From Treponema lecithinolyticum ATCC 700332 (GTDB lineage: Bacteria; Spirochaetota; Spirochaetia; Treponematales; Treponemataceae): 24,000 bases of DNA. The stretch's first letter is position 1, and every line of letters starts with the position of its first letter. The DNA lies in the NCBI RefSeq assembly GCF_000468055.1, contig NZ_KI260569.1:124967-148966 (forward strand), written 5' to 3'. This document shows positions 23,245 to 24,000 of the stretch, piece by piece. The notes below the pieces were generated by a model, which was not told the DNA's origin, did not search any database, and saw only the letters and a program-made list of their open reading frames with translations. The translations under genes were made by a program, and so were the position numbers.

Positions 23245-24000
23245 TTATTTACCGCCGACAAGCTGTGTATCTTTTACGGATAACTTATCCAAAGCATTCA
23301 GTTCTTGTTTAACGCCGAGTTCCAACAACTGCCCGACATCGATAATCAAAGAAACCGAACCGTCGCCCAAAATGGAAGCGCCGGCAATACCCGGAGAATT
23401 CGCAAACTGGTCTTTAAGCGGTTTTATAACCACGTCTTCTTCGCCGATAAGAGCGTCTACCATAATACCGATTTTTTTATCAGCCGTACCGACGATTACG
23501 ATAAACACATATTCCGATTCCTGTTTGTTGCGTATACCGAACAAACGGCTTAAGCGCAATACGCTGATAACTTCATTGCGCACGTTTAGAACTTCGTAAT
23601 TATCTATGCGGTTAATTTCCGATGTACGGATTCTTTGGCTTTCGATAACCGAAGCAATCGGAATGGAGTATACTTCACTGCCGACGCGCACCAAAAGACC
23701 TTGAATAATAGCCAATGTAAGCGGCAGTTTTATGCTGAAAGTCGTGCCTTTTCCGTGCTCGGAAGTAACGATAACCGTACCGTTTAATTTTTCTATTTGT
23801 GTTTTTACTACGTCCAAACCGACGCCGCGGCCGGATACATTGCTGATTGTTTTTGAAGTGGAAAAACCTGCGTCAAAAATAAATTGAAACGCTTCTTGAT
23901 CGGTAATAATTTTGTCCGGATGAATAAGACCGCGTTCAATCGCTTTTGCTCTAACGGCGTCCACGTCTATACCCTTGCCGTCGTCTTCGATTTCGATAAC
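23245..24000 (-). CDS. cheA: Chemotaxis histidine kinase CheA, C-terminal part (N-terminus beyond the right edge)
   Basis: The frame is open from 24000: VIEIEDDGKGIDVDAVRAKAIERGLI (G1 box), SNVSGRGVGLDVV (G2 box), GKGTTFSIKLPLTLAI, then the CheW-like P5 domain (YSIPIASVIES...VFIVIVGTADKKIGIMVDALIGEEDVVIKPL). The track's start at 23964 is an internal GTG. Confidence 0.92.
   Translation of the reverse strand, partial: VIEIEDDGKGIDVDAVRAKAIERGLIHPDKIITDQEAFQFIFDAGFSTSKTISNVSGRGVGLDVVKTQIEKLNGTVIVTSEHGKGTTFSIKLPLTLAIIQGLLVRVGSEVYSIPIASVIESQRIRTSEINRIDNYEVLNVRNEVISVLRLSRLFGIRNKQESEYVFIVIVGTADKKIGIMVDALIGEEDVVIKPLKDQFANSPGIAGASILGDGSVSLIIDVGQLLELGVKQELNALDKLSVKDTQLVGGK

Noticed and set aside
1089-24000. 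The many other 60-170-aa ORFs overlapping long genes on the opposite strand or in other frames (e.g. 1201..1533, 2033..2326, 2878..3168, 5518..5877, 5962..6474, 7113..7490, 8081..8488, 8242..8706, 9914..10342, 10873..11250, 11711..12049, 13745..14020, 14017..14349, 15249..15524, 16760..17092, 17875..18162, 22618..23002, 23186..23599)
   Set aside because: Each is fully embedded in a longer ORF with clear family motifs. They lack SDs and have biased, low-complexity or Cys/Arg-rich composition typical of antisense reading of coding DNA.

Overview
This is a chromosomal segment dominated by housekeeping genes. It looks spirochaetal, most likely a Treponema-type genome. That call is inferred from gene content and order only, because no search was possible.

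Left to right the window contains:
- a compact minus-strand division/cell-wall cluster, mraZ-rsmH-ftsL-murF-ftsW-ftsQ (ftsQ runs off the left edge and is missing from the ORF track, so I translated it by hand)
- an orphan PD-(D/E)XK-like gene
- two translationally coupled short FlaA-family (flagellar sheath-like) genes
- class II fructose-bisphosphate aldolase, creD, a ROK sugar kinase and cutC
- a divergently transcribed envelope cluster: polytopic membrane protein + TPR lipoprotein <-> lipoprotein + SLT/LysM lytic transglycosylase + OmpA-domain protein
- another lipoprotein, efp and tRNA-Val(GAC)
- an aspartate-less OmpR-type regulator
- the distal part of a cheA - cheW/cheR-like - cheX - cheY chemotaxis operon (cheA runs off the right edge)

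I see no transposase, integrase, CRISPR array, toxin-antitoxin pair or recognisable defence island, so I do not claim a new multi-gene system.

The observations most worth a second look are small-scale:
1. A 19-codon ORF with a strong Shine-Dalgarno (SD) sequence lies in frame with the SD-less cheW/cheR-like gene, separated from it by a single TAA.
2. Four GTGG boxes phased at exactly 10 bp lie between a near-consensus promoter and the mraZ ATG.
3. A duplicated terminator-like hairpin module brackets a highly structured ~125-nt segment downstream of fba.
4. A leaderless promoter layout (-10 hexamer 6-8 nt before the ATG) recurs at five genes, twice as back-to-back pairs.
5. There is an orphan nuclease-like gene and a response regulator lacking the phosphoacceptor.

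All family calls rest on motif recognition in the translated ORFs, not on database searches.
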